Source: Bacillota bacterium (GTDB lineage Bacteria; Bacillota; Sulfobacillia; JACIYH01). From it: a stretch of DNA of 64,000 bases. Positions 8,166-17,643 of this stretch are shown piece after piece. The stretch covers positions 28,751-92,750 of the forward strand of contig JBFLXJ010000033.1 in the NCBI GenBank assembly GCA_040757085.1, in the 5' to 3' direction. The notes beneath the pieces were generated by a model that saw only the letters and a list, made by a program, of their open reading frames with translations, was not told the origin of the DNA and ran no database searches. The first letter of the stretch is position 1. Every line of letters starts with the position of its first letter. Position numbers and translations under genes: made by a program.

Positions 8166-9779
8166 CTACGGACCCTCGCGCCACCACCAGTCGTGGACGT
8201 TCCAGTGCCACCCGAAAGGCGACGCCACCGGGCCGGTGAGCCCCGCCCGCACGCCCAGGAAGACCCTCTCCGTCCACAGGGGGATGAAGGGAACATCCTG
8301 ACCGAGCCGGTAGGCCACCTGCTGGGTCAGGGATTTCCTCGTGGGGACGTCCAGCTCCTGCCGCAGACGGTCGAGCAGGACGTCCATAGCCGGCTCGCGG
8401 TAGGAGAATATGTTGCCGCCTCGCCCCTCGGCCGGGGTCTGGCGGGAGTGAAGGAGGGGGGTGAGGTCGGGATTGGCCGGGTAAGGCTCGGGGACCAGGG
8501 CCAGGTCGTAATCGAACGGGGGCTCAAGCCGCGCCACGAAGGCAGCAGGCTCCTCTGCGACCACCCTGACCCGGAGGCCCACCCGCCCCAGGTAGGCGGC
8601 TATGATGCGGGCAGCCTCGGCCCGGATTGGATCCCCACGCGGCAGCAGCAGGCTCAGGGGAGCGATTTCCTTCGCCCCGGCAAGCAGATCCCGCGCCCCG
8701 GCCGGGTCGTATGCTCCTGCGGGGACTTCAGCGGGATATGCCCAGGAAATGAGGGGCAGGGGGAAAACCGCCTCGCGCAGTCCGTAAACCCCACTGGCCC
8801 CCCCTGGCGCCCCGCCCGCCGTGCCGGTGGCCAACTCGCGCACCAGGGTGTGGCGGTCGATGGCCAGGGATATGGCCCGCCGCACCCCGGCATCCAGGCG
8901 GCTGCAGTTGAGAGCCAGGGCCACGTAATAAGGCTGGTGGGTCTCCAACACCCGCCATCCCCCCTGCCGCGCCCGTTCCAGGTCCGAAGGCACAACGGGA
9001 CCGGCGTCCACCTCGCCCTGGATGAGGACTCGACTCGCCCGGGCGAGGGACGGGTATATGTGCGCGACAAACCTGTCAAGGTGGGGACGCCCCCGGTGGT
9101 AGCGCAGGTGGGGAAGCAGGCCTATCTCGTCTCCCTCCCACGTGCCCAGGCGGAACGGCCCCGTCCCAACCGGGCGACGGGCGAAATCTTGCGCGGCCCC
9201 GGTACCATCAGCCAGAAGGTGCGCCGGCAGGACGGGCACGGTGGCCAGCCAATACGGGAAACCCGCATCGGGATATTTCAGGAAGAAGCGGATGGTACGG
9301 CTGTCCACCTTCTGCCAGGTAAGCCCGGGCAGAAGCTCAGGATGGGAGTGCAGGCTGAACACCACGTCGTCGGCGGTGACCGGCTGCCCGTCGTGCCACA
9401 TCGCGTCGGGGCGCAGGCGCACGGTCCAGTACACGCCTCCCCGGCCACCCACCCACCCCACGGCCAGATCCGGAAAAACCTCACCCCGGCCGTCTACCCC
9501 GGCCAGAGCAGAGAAGAGCAAACCCACCAGGACCTTTTCCGCCGGGCTGGTGGCCTCCCGGGGATCGAGGGATACCACCGGCCCCACCAGCGCCTCCCTC
9601 ACCACTCCCCCCTGGCGAACCCGCACGGCGGGCGCGGTGGTGGACGGCTCCCTCAGGCACCCCGCCCCCCACACGCCCATCAGCACGACCAGCAGCGCCA
9701 CCCCGGCCTGCCGCACGGTGGCTCGGGCCACCAGGCCCCGGCGCCCCGGCGGCCACCCGGCCCAACGAAATTCAGGCAT
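8166..9779 (-). CDS. ABC transporter substrate-binding protein, family 5 (peptide/nickel, OppA/DppA-like) lipoprotein
   Basis: Size and composition are typical of the SBP_bac_5 family. The N-terminus MPEFRW...ALLVVLMGVWGAGC looks like a signal peptide with a lipobox-like GAGC. I prefer the ATG at 9779 over 9818, which would overlap mutM. Confidence 0.65.
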   Translation of the reverse strand: MPEFRWAGWPPGRRGLVARATVRQAGVALLVVLMGVWGAGCLREPSTTAPAVRVRQGGVVREALVGPVVSLDPREATSPAEKVLVGLLFSALAGVDGRGEVFPDLAVGWVGGRGGVYWTVRLRPDAMWHDGQPVTADDVVFSLHSHPELLPGLTWQKVDSRTIRFFLKYPDAGFPYWLATVPVLPAHLLADGTGAAQDFARRPVGTGPFRLGTWEGDEIGLLPHLRYHRGRPHLDRFVAHIYPSLARASRVLIQGEVDAGPVVPSDLERARQGGWRVLETHQPYYVALALNCSRLDAGVRRAISLAIDRHTLVRELATGTAGGAPGGASGVYGLREAVFPLPLISWAYPAEVPAGAYDPAGARDLLAGAKEIAPLSLLLPRGDPIRAEAARIIAAYLGRVGLRVRVVAEEPAAFVARLEPPFDYDLALVPEPYPANPDLTPLLHSRQTPAEGRGGNIFSYREPAMDVLLDRLRQELDVPTRKSLTQQVAYRLGQDVPFIPLWTERVFLGVRAGLTGPVASPFGWHWNVHDWWWREGP

Positions 9780-9796
9780 GGATTTGCCTCGCGTGG

Positions 9797-10666
9797 CTAT
9801 TTTTGGCAACGGGGACAAAAGTACGTGCTTCGACCTCCGAACCGCTGCCTGGCGATGGTGGCCCCGCAGCGAGGGCAGGGCTCCCCTTCCCTCCCGTACA
9901 CCCGCAGGCGGGACACGAATTCGCCCGGCTGCCCTTCGCCGTCCCGGTAGTCGGAAAAGGTGGTCCCCCGGGCCGCAATGGCTTCCTGGAGCACCTGCTG
10001 CAGGGCATGCCGGAGAGCCTCCACCTCGACGGGCTTGAGTCCCCCGGCCGGGCGCAGGGGGTTGACTCCTGCCCGGTGCAGGGCCTCATCTGCGTATATA
10101 TTCCCCACCCCGGCCAGTATGTGCTGGTCGAGCAACACCGCCTTCACCGGAGCCCTCCGCCTGGCCAGCATCCTCTGCAGCACGGACGGCATAAACTCCT
10201 CATCCAGGGGCTCGGGTCCCAACCGCAGCCGGGGATGCGACTCCAGGGCATCCGCACGCAACAGTTCCAGGTAGCCGAAGCGCCGCTGGTCCCAAAAACA
10301 CAGTTCCCCTCGGTCGAAGGCGAACACCGCATGCACATGCCGGCCGGAGATCTCCTCCGGGTCGAGATGGGCGCCGGGCTCCTCTGTCCGTGGAACGAAA
10401 ATGAGCCGCCCCGTCATCCCCAGGTGCACGTGCAGCACCATCTCCACCGGCTCAGACGATCCTGGTGAGGGGGGTGGCGGAGACAGGAAGATAAGGAGGT
10501 GCTTCCCCCGCCTGTCAAGAGAGGCCACGCGCTTCCCCGCCACCTTCGCCGGATCCTGGCCCCGCCACACCGAAGGGGTGAGCAACCGTACCTGCCGCAC
10601 CACCTGCCCCAACAGGTGCGGTACCAGCGTGCGCCGGATGGTTTCCACTTCAGGCAACTCGGGCAT
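9797..10666 (-). CDS. mutM: formamidopyrimidine-DNA glycosylase
   Basis: The N-terminus MPELPEVETIRR carries the catalytic Pro2 and Glu3. The C-terminus has the zinc finger CPRCG...CPRCQ. Confidence 0.9.
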   Translation of the reverse strand: MPELPEVETIRRTLVPHLLGQVVRQVRLLTPSVWRGQDPAKVAGKRVASLDRRGKHLLIFLSPPPPSPGSSEPVEMVLHVHLGMTGRLIFVPRTEEPGAHLDPEEISGRHVHAVFAFDRGELCFWDQRRFGYLELLRADALESHPRLRLGPEPLDEEFMPSVLQRMLARRRAPVKAVLLDQHILAGVGNIYADEALHRAGVNPLRPAGGLKPVEVEALRHALQQVLQEAIAARGTTFSDYRDGEGQPGEFVSRLRVYGREGEPCPRCGATIARQRFGGRSTYFCPRCQK

Positions 10667-10673
10667 GGCGGCG

Positions 10674-13442
10674 TCAAAGGGCAGACAGGTCGTACCAGGT
10701 AGGACCCGCCTTCAGGTCCACTTGCAGGGGAACTGCCAGTTCCATCACCTGCTCCATACAGGAGCGCACGAGGCCACCGGCCTCGGGGAGTTCTTCCCGG
10801 GGCACCTCCAGGATTAGTTCGTCATGGACCTGGAGGATGATGCGGGACCGCATGCCCCGCTCCTGAAGCTGGCGGTGGAGCCTCACCATGGCCAGCTTGA
10901 TGATGTCGGCCGCACTCCCCTGCAGGGGGGTATTGACGGCCGTCCGTTCGGCAAACCCCCGCTCCTGAGGATTCCGGCTCAAGATGGTGGGCAACTGGCG
11001 GCGGCGTCCCATCAGCGTGGTGACGAAGCCCTGGGTGCGCGCCGTGCTCACCACTTCGTCAATCCACCTGCGCACCCCGGGGTAGCGCAGGAAGTAGCTG
11101 GCGATGTACTCCCGGGCCTCGCTCCGACCGATGCCCAGCTGCTGGGCCAGCCCGAAGTCGCTGATACCGTATACGATGCCGAAATTGACTGCCTTGGCCC
11201 GTAACCGCATCTCGTCGGTCACCTGATCAAGGGGAACCCCGAACACCTCGGCTGCCGTGCGCCGGTGGATGTCCTCACCGGCCCGGAATGCCTCCACCAG
11301 GCCGGGGTCACCACATACGTGGGCGAGGAGCCGCAACTCGATCTGGGAATAGTCGCCGGAAAGGAGGAGCCAGCCGTCCTCGGCGATGAACACCTGGCGG
11401 ATGCGCCGGCCCAACTCGTCCCGGACCGGGATGTTCTGCAGGTTGGGGTCATTGGACGAGAGCCGTCCCGTCGCCGTTACCGCCTGGTTGAAGGTGGTGT
11501 GGACCCGGCCCGTGGCCGGATTCACCAGGGCGGGCATGCCGTCCAGGTAAGTCCCCTTCAGTTTCACCAGCGTGCGGTGCTCGAGGATCTTCTCCACCAC
11601 CGGGTGAACGGCCCGTAACTCCTCGAGGGCCTCCGCGCTGGTGGAATACCCGGTCTTGGTACGGTGCTTGGCCGGCAGGCCCAGCTTGTCGAACAGGACC
11701 TCCTGCAACTGGTGGGTGGAATTGATATTGAAGGTGCACCCCGCCAAACGGTAAACTTCCCGGGCCACCGCCTCGATGCGGCGCCCGAAATCGTCAGCCA
11801 GCTCCCGCACCCTATCCAGGTCTACGCGCACGCCCACCTGCTCCATCTCCGCCAGCACGAGGAGCAGGGGCATCTCCACCTCGTCCATGAGCCGGGCAAG
11901 CCCGGCCGCCTCCAGCTCGGCGCGCAGAGGAGAAACCAGGTCGCGGCAGCAAGCAGCCTGTCCCCCCAGGAAGGAGGCGGCAGTGCGGGGATCAAGGGCG
12001 CGGAAGGGGATGGCCTGCCGGCCCTTGCCCAGGACGTCCTCCCGCGCGGGTACCGTCGTGCCGAGGAACTGCTCCGCCAGGTGCGACAGCGGGTAACCGG
12101 ACCGGGTGGGATCGAGCAGGTAGGCCGCCAGCATGGTATCGAAGGCGATGCCACGCGGGCGGATACCCCGGCCCAGCAGCCAGACCACCAGCGGTTTGAG
12201 ATCATGGCCGCTCTTGGGCAGCGCCTCGTCCTCGAGCAGGGGCGCCACCCGCCCCCGCAACTCCTCCCAGGGCACGCCATCCCCCCGTCCTTCCGGGGCG
12301 ATGGCCACGTAGACGACATGCCCGGGGGCCGCCAGCCCCAGCCCGGCCAGGGACGCCCGCACTGGCGGGGAACCCTCCAGGTGGGCAGCGATCCCCAGGG
12401 TGGCGCGGACGCAGGCTGCCCGGAATGCCGGCCAGATCTCTCCCAGCTGCTCAACCGAATTAACCAGCACCACGCCGGCAAACCCTTCCCGCCCTCCGAC
12501 ACCCGCTACCGCATCGGCACCGTCTGCCCGCTCGCCCGGACGGTCGGCCCTACCCAGGAGCGTGAGCAGACGCTGCCAGACCGTGCGCAGTTCGAGCTTG
12601 CGGAACAGATCCTCCGCCCCCTGCAGGTCCCCGGGCTGCCAGCGGCACGCTTCCAGGTCGACTTCCAGGGGGACGTCCGGGTCTATGGTGGCCAATTTCC
12701 GGGAAAGCAAGGCCTGATCCCGGTGGGCCGCCAGCGCCTCCCTGACCCGCCGATTCTCCTCAACCTCGTGGGCATGCTCCAAAACGGCGTCCAGGGTACC
12801 CCAGCGCTGGATCAGCCGGTAGGCGATCTTCTCTCCGATGCCTGGCACACCGGGTATGTTATCCGAGGCATCCCCCATCAGCCCCTTAACGTCGGGTACC
12901 TGCGCGGGGGAAATGCCAAATTCCCGCTCCACCGCCTCACGATCGAAGCGGGCGAGTTCGGTGATGCCGCGCCGGGTGAGCACCACATGGACGTCCTCAT
13001 CCACCAGCTGCAGGGCATCCCGGTCCCCGGTGACGATGATCACCTGGACCCCTGCCCGTTTGCCCTCGCGGGCCAGCTTCCCCAGGATGTCGTCCGCCTC
13101 GTAGCCCTCTTTTTCGAAGATGGGCACCCCCAAGGACTCCAGCACCTGCTTGAGCAGGGGTACCTGAGCCCGGAACTCCTCGGGGCTTCCCCCCCGCTGG
13201 GCCTTGTACCCCTCGTACTCCACGTGGCGGAAGGTGGGTTCGGCCCGGTCGAAGGCCACCGCAAGGTACGCAGGTCGCTCCTCTTCCACGAGGCGGAGCA
13301 GCATGGCCAGGAAGCCGTGAATGGCGCTGGTCGGTACACCCTCAGAGGTCCTGAGATCGGGAAGGGCCCAAAAAGCCCGGTGGGCCAGGCTGTTCCCGTC
13401 GATGAGGACCATGCGCTCCCGGGCCAATGTTACCACCCCCAC
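10674..13442 (-). CDS. polA: DNA polymerase I
   Basis: The 5'-3' exonuclease N-terminus reads LIDGNSLAHRAF. The polymerase motifs RRQLPTILS...AVNTPLQGSAADIIK...VHDELILEV are present. The start may be the TTG at 13427 or the ATG at 13412 rather than the GTG at 13442. Confidence 0.9.
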   Translation of the reverse strand: MGVVTLARERMVLIDGNSLAHRAFWALPDLRTSEGVPTSAIHGFLAMLLRLVEEERPAYLAVAFDRAEPTFRHVEYEGYKAQRGGSPEEFRAQVPLLKQVLESLGVPIFEKEGYEADDILGKLAREGKRAGVQVIIVTGDRDALQLVDEDVHVVLTRRGITELARFDREAVEREFGISPAQVPDVKGLMGDASDNIPGVPGIGEKIAYRLIQRWGTLDAVLEHAHEVEENRRVREALAAHRDQALLSRKLATIDPDVPLEVDLEACRWQPGDLQGAEDLFRKLELRTVWQRLLTLLGRADRPGERADGADAVAGVGGREGFAGVVLVNSVEQLGEIWPAFRAACVRATLGIAAHLEGSPPVRASLAGLGLAAPGHVVYVAIAPEGRGDGVPWEELRGRVAPLLEDEALPKSGHDLKPLVVWLLGRGIRPRGIAFDTMLAAYLLDPTRSGYPLSHLAEQFLGTTVPAREDVLGKGRQAIPFRALDPRTAASFLGGQAACCRDLVSPLRAELEAAGLARLMDEVEMPLLLVLAEMEQVGVRVDLDRVRELADDFGRRIEAVAREVYRLAGCTFNINSTHQLQEVLFDKLGLPAKHRTKTGYSTSAEALEELRAVHPVVEKILEHRTLVKLKGTYLDGMPALVNPATGRVHTTFNQAVTATGRLSSNDPNLQNIPVRDELGRRIRQVFIAEDGWLLLSGDYSQIELRLLAHVCGDPGLVEAFRAGEDIHRRTAAEVFGVPLDQVTDEMRLRAKAVNFGIVYGISDFGLAQQLGIGRSEAREYIASYFLRYPGVRRWIDEVVSTARTQGFVTTLMGRRRQLPTILSRNPQERGFAERTAVNTPLQGSAADIIKLAMVRLHRQLQERGMRSRIILQVHDELILEVPREELPEAGGLVRSCMEQVMELAVPLQVDLKAGPTWYDLSAL

Positions 13443-13560
13443 CTGATTGCTGTGCCCCCGTGCCCCGCACAGGTTGCTGCCACGGGCTCGTCCACCGCCT
13501 ACAGTATAGTACCAATCCGTCGGCCCTCACCAGCCCCCGTCAGCAATCTGCACGCGGCCA

Positions 13561-13596
13561 GGAAAATCGAAGGGCCGGGTGAGCCACACCCGGCCC
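13561..13596 (-). terminator. rho-independent terminator after the anti-sigma gene
   Basis: Minus-strand RNA: GGGCCGGGUG-uggcuc-CACCCGGCCC followed by UUCGAUUUUCC. Confidence 0.55.
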
Positions 13597-13616
13597 GCTC
13601 GTTCCGACGGTCGCAG

Positions 13617-14867
13617 TCAGCGGTGCCGGCGTCCGTGCCCGAACCGGGCATACACCAGCCACACCAGACCGGCCAGCAACACAACCGGGAAGGCCTGGGC
13701 CACGTATACGATTGCCTCCTGCCCCAGCCGCTCCATGGCTCTCACCGTCCCCAGGAAGGCCACCTGGGCCCTCTGCCAGGCACCCAGCGCGGTGCCTGCC
13801 TCCCGGAGCACCACCTGCAGCGCGGCCATGTCCAGGTCTTCCTGCAGGTACTTCATCCGGGCCTCCAGCGATTCGATGTCACCCTGCAAACGGTAGAGTT
13901 CGTACTGAATGCGCAGCACCTCGTCAATATTGCGCGCCCCGGACATGAGGGCCGTGAGGGCTTTTTCCTGCTCCCGCATGATGCGCAGGCGGGCTTCCGC
14001 GTCCACCCAATCCTGGGTAAGGCTGCGGGTGGTCACCCTCTGGCCCAGCAACCGGCCCAGGGCACTGACCTGCTGCATGACCCCGCTCAACGACTTCCCG
14101 GGGACCCGCACCACCACCACGGCCTGGCGCCCGCCGTCCTGGGAGGTAACCGTGGAATCCTGCAGGTAGCCACCCGCCTGCTCGGCCAGGGTGGTGAGGC
14201 GAGATACCGCCTCTTCGATATTCGCCACCTGAAGCTCCATCCTGCCCTGCAGGGCAACCTGCATCCCCTGTACCTGGCCCACCGCCACCGAGGCCCCGCC
14301 TGCGCCCAGCTGGGGACGCACGTCAGGCGCGATCACCGGACCGGTCGTCCGGCTCAACCCGGCGGTACGGTCGCTGCTGGCCACCTCGCTGCCGGTCAAG
14401 ACGCGGTCGTCCCCGGGCGGAGTTCCCTTCCAGACGGGAGAACCCGGTCCACCCTCGACACCGGAGGCGAACGAGGGCGCCAGGAAGGGGTTCTCCGCAG
14501 GCGACCACCAACCCCGACCCAGGCCGGCCACCACCATGAGGCTGGAACCCAGGAATACCACCAGGCAGGCCACAGCCAGCACGCGCGCCCAAGCCGGGTA
14601 GAAGGCAACCGGACCGGGCAAAAGGCGGGCCCACACCAGTCGCCACGACCTGCGCACCAGCCTGGCGTGCAGCTGCTCCCCGAACTCAGCCGGAAGAGGT
14701 TCTCGGGGCAGCGCCCCGAGAGCACTTACGAGCGCCTGCAGCTCCGCTAGCTCACACCGGCACTCGTCACACTGCTCCAGGTGGTCCTCCAGACGCGCCC
14801 GCTCCGCCGCCGGGAGCTCACCGTCTATATACAGGGACAGGAGATTGCGTGCCTGCTGGCAGTTCAA
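13617..14867 (-). CDS. anti-sigma factor with an N-terminal zf-HC2-like motif, one TM helix, a DUF4349-like coiled-coil periplasmic domain and a C-terminal TM helix
   Basis: The N-terminus MNCQQARNLLSLYIDGELPAAERARLEDHLEQCDECRCE has the H-x3-C-x2-C pattern. A hydrophobic segment LAVACLVVFLGSSLMVVAGLG and a C-terminal segment VVLLAGLVWLVYARF are present. The start overlaps the ECF sigma stop by 4 nt. Confidence 0.7.
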   Translation of the reverse strand: MNCQQARNLLSLYIDGELPAAERARLEDHLEQCDECRCELAELQALVSALGALPREPLPAEFGEQLHARLVRRSWRLVWARLLPGPVAFYPAWARVLAVACLVVFLGSSLMVVAGLGRGWWSPAENPFLAPSFASGVEGGPGSPVWKGTPPGDDRVLTGSEVASSDRTAGLSRTTGPVIAPDVRPQLGAGGASVAVGQVQGMQVALQGRMELQVANIEEAVSRLTTLAEQAGGYLQDSTVTSQDGGRQAVVVVRVPGKSLSGVMQQVSALGRLLGQRVTTRSLTQDWVDAEARLRIMREQEKALTALMSGARNIDEVLRIQYELYRLQGDIESLEARMKYLQEDLDMAALQVVLREAGTALGAWQRAQVAFLGTVRAMERLGQEAIVYVAQAFPVVLLAGLVWLVYARFGHGRRHR

Positions 14868-15499
14868 CGACTGGGCCTCCCTCTGTCCCTACTGACGTTT
14901 TGTCCCGAAAAAAGTTCCTGAGAGGCAAACCTTGCCTTGAGGGCACTGCGGGCCCGGTTGAGCCGGGATTTCACCGTTCCCAGGGAGATATCCAGCACCT
15001 GGGCGATTTCCTCATATGCAAGACCCTCTATGTCTCGCAGCACCAGTACGGCACGGAACTCGGGACTCAGGGACCGGATGCCCTCCCAGATGGCATCGCG
15101 GACCTCCCGGGTTTCCACCTCCTCGACCGGATCGCCGGTGGGCGAGATGAGCTGCCGGGGGCTCTTCTCGCCTTCGCCGGAAGCCAGGGGTTCATCGAGC
15201 GATAGGGACGGGTGCCGGCGGCGACGCCTGGCCTCGTCCCGGCACACGTTGAACGTGATGCGGTAGAGCCAGGTGGAAAAGGCACACTCTCCGCGGAAAT
15301 CCCGCAGGCTCACGAAGGCACGCAAGAGGGCCTCCTGCGCCAGGTCGCTGGCGTCCTCGGGGTTCCGGCTCAGGCGCAGGGCGAGATTGTACACCTTCTG
15401 CATATATGGCGCGATCAATTCCTCGAAGGCCTCTACGTTGCCGCGCCTGCACCGTTCGATGAGGCCTTCTGCGTAGCTGTCCAGAAAGACCCCCTCCAT
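14864..15499 (-). CDS. ECF-type RNA polymerase sigma factor
   Basis: Region 2 reads DLAQEALLRAFVSLRDF. Region 4 reads LAYEEIAQVLDISLGTVKSRLNRARSAL. Confidence 0.8.
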   Translation of the reverse strand: MEGVFLDSYAEGLIERCRRGNVEAFEELIAPYMQKVYNLALRLSRNPEDASDLAQEALLRAFVSLRDFRGECAFSTWLYRITFNVCRDEARRRRRHPSLSLDEPLASGEGEKSPRQLISPTGDPVEEVETREVRDAIWEGIRSLSPEFRAVLVLRDIEGLAYEEIAQVLDISLGTVKSRLNRARSALKARFASQELFSGQNVSRDRGRPSR

Positions 15500-15515
15500 T
15501 CAAAGGGCCAGGAAG

Positions 15516-16370
15516 CTAGTTCGACACCTCGTGCCCAACTCCTTTCCCTGCCAGCCAGAAACCTTTGTCCAGCAAGCGGATAGGTGCCTCCGGGCGAGGA
15601 GGGAAGGCACTCACCAGGACTACGGGCCCATCCGGCGCCCAGGCCAGAGCATCTTCCGCGAGGGGAAGGGTTTCCTCGGGGCAGGGACAAAGATCCGCCA
15701 GGTGCCGGGGGGTGAGGTCGCTGGTCTGGTACGGGTCGGGGAACACCACCAGGGCAGTGCCCCAACTGGCAACACTACCCACTATCCTCTCATACACTAT
15801 TCGCACCGGCATGCCCGGATATGCCCAGCGCCAGAGCAGGTGTACGTCTTCCTCGGAGAGCCTGATACATCCCCGGGAAACCGCCCGCCCGATGGAATCC
15901 GGTGCGTTGGTGCCGTGCAGGCCGTAGTCGGGCAGGTTCAGGCCCAGGAAACGGGAGCCCAGGGGATTGTCCGGGCCGGGCGGCACGGGAGGCCCGCCCT
16001 CAGGAGGGTACCAGGTGGGATGCAGCCGTCTGGTCACCACGCGGTAGATGCCGGTAGGAGTCGGCTGGGAAGGCCTGCCTATGGCCACGGGGTAACATCC
16101 CTGCAGCACCCCATCCCTCCACACCTGCACCCGCAGGGAGGGCAGGTTGAGCAGCAGGAAATCCGGCGGGAACTGGCCTGCTGTCACCAGGTGCGACCGC
16201 GGTGCGGCCGCACCAGCCGGGATACCAGCAAGACCAGCGTGGCCGGGGCCGGCCGCAGCACCGGGGCGTCCCGCTGCGGCAGCAGGGTCACAGGCGGAGG
16301 CGTTCACCGCCAGGACGATAAGACAGATGAGGATGATGAGGATGTCCTGTACTGCCCGCCTGAGTGCCAG
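15516..16370 (-). CDS. L,D-transpeptidase (YkuD domain) with a signal peptide; probable CTG start
   Basis: HGTNAPDSIGRAVSRGCIRL is the catalytic His/Cys motif. The first canonical start, GTG at 16307, would remove a clear signal peptide, ALRRAVQDILIILICLIVLAVNASAC. That peptide is in frame upstream between a TGA at 16379-16377 and the GTG. A CTG at 16370 sits behind GGGTGGAGTG. Confidence 0.65.
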   Translation of the reverse strand: MALRRAVQDILIILICLIVLAVNASACDPAAAAGRPGAAAGPGHAGLAGIPAGAAAPRSHLVTAGQFPPDFLLLNLPSLRVQVWRDGVLQGCYPVAIGRPSQPTPTGIYRVVTRRLHPTWYPPEGGPPVPPGPDNPLGSRFLGLNLPDYGLHGTNAPDSIGRAVSRGCIRLSEEDVHLLWRWAYPGMPVRIVYERIVGSVASWGTALVVFPDPYQTSDLTPRHLADLCPCPEETLPLAEDALAWAPDGPVVLVSAFPPRPEAPIRLLDKGFWLAGKGVGHEVSN

Positions 16371-16467
16371 GAGCGATCACACTCCACCCTAGCACTCTAT
16401 GCGTGCACCACCCCTCATTTCCCGCCCCATCGGGCGGGGGACCGAGGCCCCGCGCCAGCGGCGGCCG

Positions 16468-17643
16468 TCAGGGGAGAGAGCCGTAGACCGGCTCGCCGTC
16501 GATGAAGACGCACTGGACCCGGCTCTGGGGCTCCAGGGGGTGCCCCGCGAACAGGCTGAAGTCGGCGTCCTTGCCCGGTTCCAGGGTGCCCAGCCGGTCT
16601 TCCACGCCCATGATGCGAGCAGCGTTAACCGTTATCATCTTCATGCCTTCCTCCGGCGGGAGGCCGTAGCGCACAGCGATCCCCGCCTGCAGGCGCAGGT
16701 CGCGGATGGACACCACCGGGTGGTCGGTTTGCAGGGCCACCAGCACCCCGGCCTCCGCCAGCAGTCGGGGAGCCTGGGGGTCCGAGCGGGGGTAGGTGGG
16801 CACCCGCCTGTCGCCCAGGATGGGACCGTACACCACCGGGATGCCCCGCCGGGCCAGCAGGTCTGCCACAACGTGAGCCTCGTCCCCATGATCGATGGTG
16901 AAGTGGAACCCGAACTCGTCCTGCAGGCGGAAGAGGCCGTGGAAATCAACGGGCTGCATGGAGTGCACGCGGGCGGGGATCTCCCGCCTGAGCACGCGGG
17001 CCAGCACTTCCAGGGTCATGCGCCGGGCAGGATCTTTGGCGGCGGGAACGGCTTCCTCGCCCCCCTCCATCAACTGGCGCGCCTCTGCGAACATCTGGCG
17101 CAGGATGGCCGCCACCCCCATGCGGGTGGTGGGATAGGGCATGTTTTTCCCCTGGAACCTCCCGAACTTGCCCCCGCGGCTCCAGGCCATCTTCATCCCC
17201 GCCGGGTCCCGCAGGACACGGCGCGTCAGGTCGGGCCCGGCTGCCTTTACCGCCACATCGGTGCCGCCGATCACGTTGGCACTGCCCGGATGGATGAGCA
17301 GGGCGGTCACCCCGCCCTCCAGGGCATCGCGGAAGCCGGGATCATCGAAATCGATCCCGTCGATGGCGCGCACGTGTCCGGTCACCGGGTCGGTGGTCTC
17401 GTTGACGTCGGAATACTCCCAGTCCAGCTCCTCGGGGACTATGCCCACGTGGCAGTGGCAGTCGATGAACCCGGGCACGAGGAACAACCCCCGCGCTTCC
17501 ACCATTCCGGCCCCCGCAGGGACGGCGAGCCGCCGGCCCACGCCGGCAATGCGGCCCCCTTCTACGAGCAGCGTGCCTTCTTCTATTATGGTTTCGCCCG
17601 TGCCCGTCCAGATGGTGGCACCCCTGATGGCCAGCATCAGCAC
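16468..17643 (-). CDS. amidohydrolase-family metal-dependent hydrolase
   Basis: GFIDCHCHVG is the HxH metal motif; a later HxxxD region follows. Confidence 0.7.
   Translation of the reverse strand: MLMLAIRGATIWTGTGETIIEEGTLLVEGGRIAGVGRRLAVPAGAGMVEARGLFLVPGFIDCHCHVGIVPEELDWEYSDVNETTDPVTGHVRAIDGIDFDDPGFRDALEGGVTALLIHPGSANVIGGTDVAVKAAGPDLTRRVLRDPAGMKMAWSRGGKFGRFQGKNMPYPTTRMGVAAILRQMFAEARQLMEGGEEAVPAAKDPARRMTLEVLARVLRREIPARVHSMQPVDFHGLFRLQDEFGFHFTIDHGDEAHVVADLLARRGIPVVYGPILGDRRVPTYPRSDPQAPRLLAEAGVLVALQTDHPVVSIRDLRLQAGIAVRYGLPPEEGMKMITVNAARIMGVEDRLGTLEPGKDADFSLFAGHPLEPQSRVQCVFIDGEPVYGSLP

Noticed and set aside
11664-14750. 1028-aa plus-strand ORF
   Set aside because: It is antisense to polA and the anti-sigma gene, with an Arg/Pro/Gly/His-rich junk composition typical of GC-rich antisense frames and no recognisable motifs.
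16421-16439. Hairpin CCCGCCCC-ATCG-GGGCGGGG 30 nt after the amidohydrolase stop
   Set aside because: It may be a terminator, but no U-tract follows, so it was not called as a feature.
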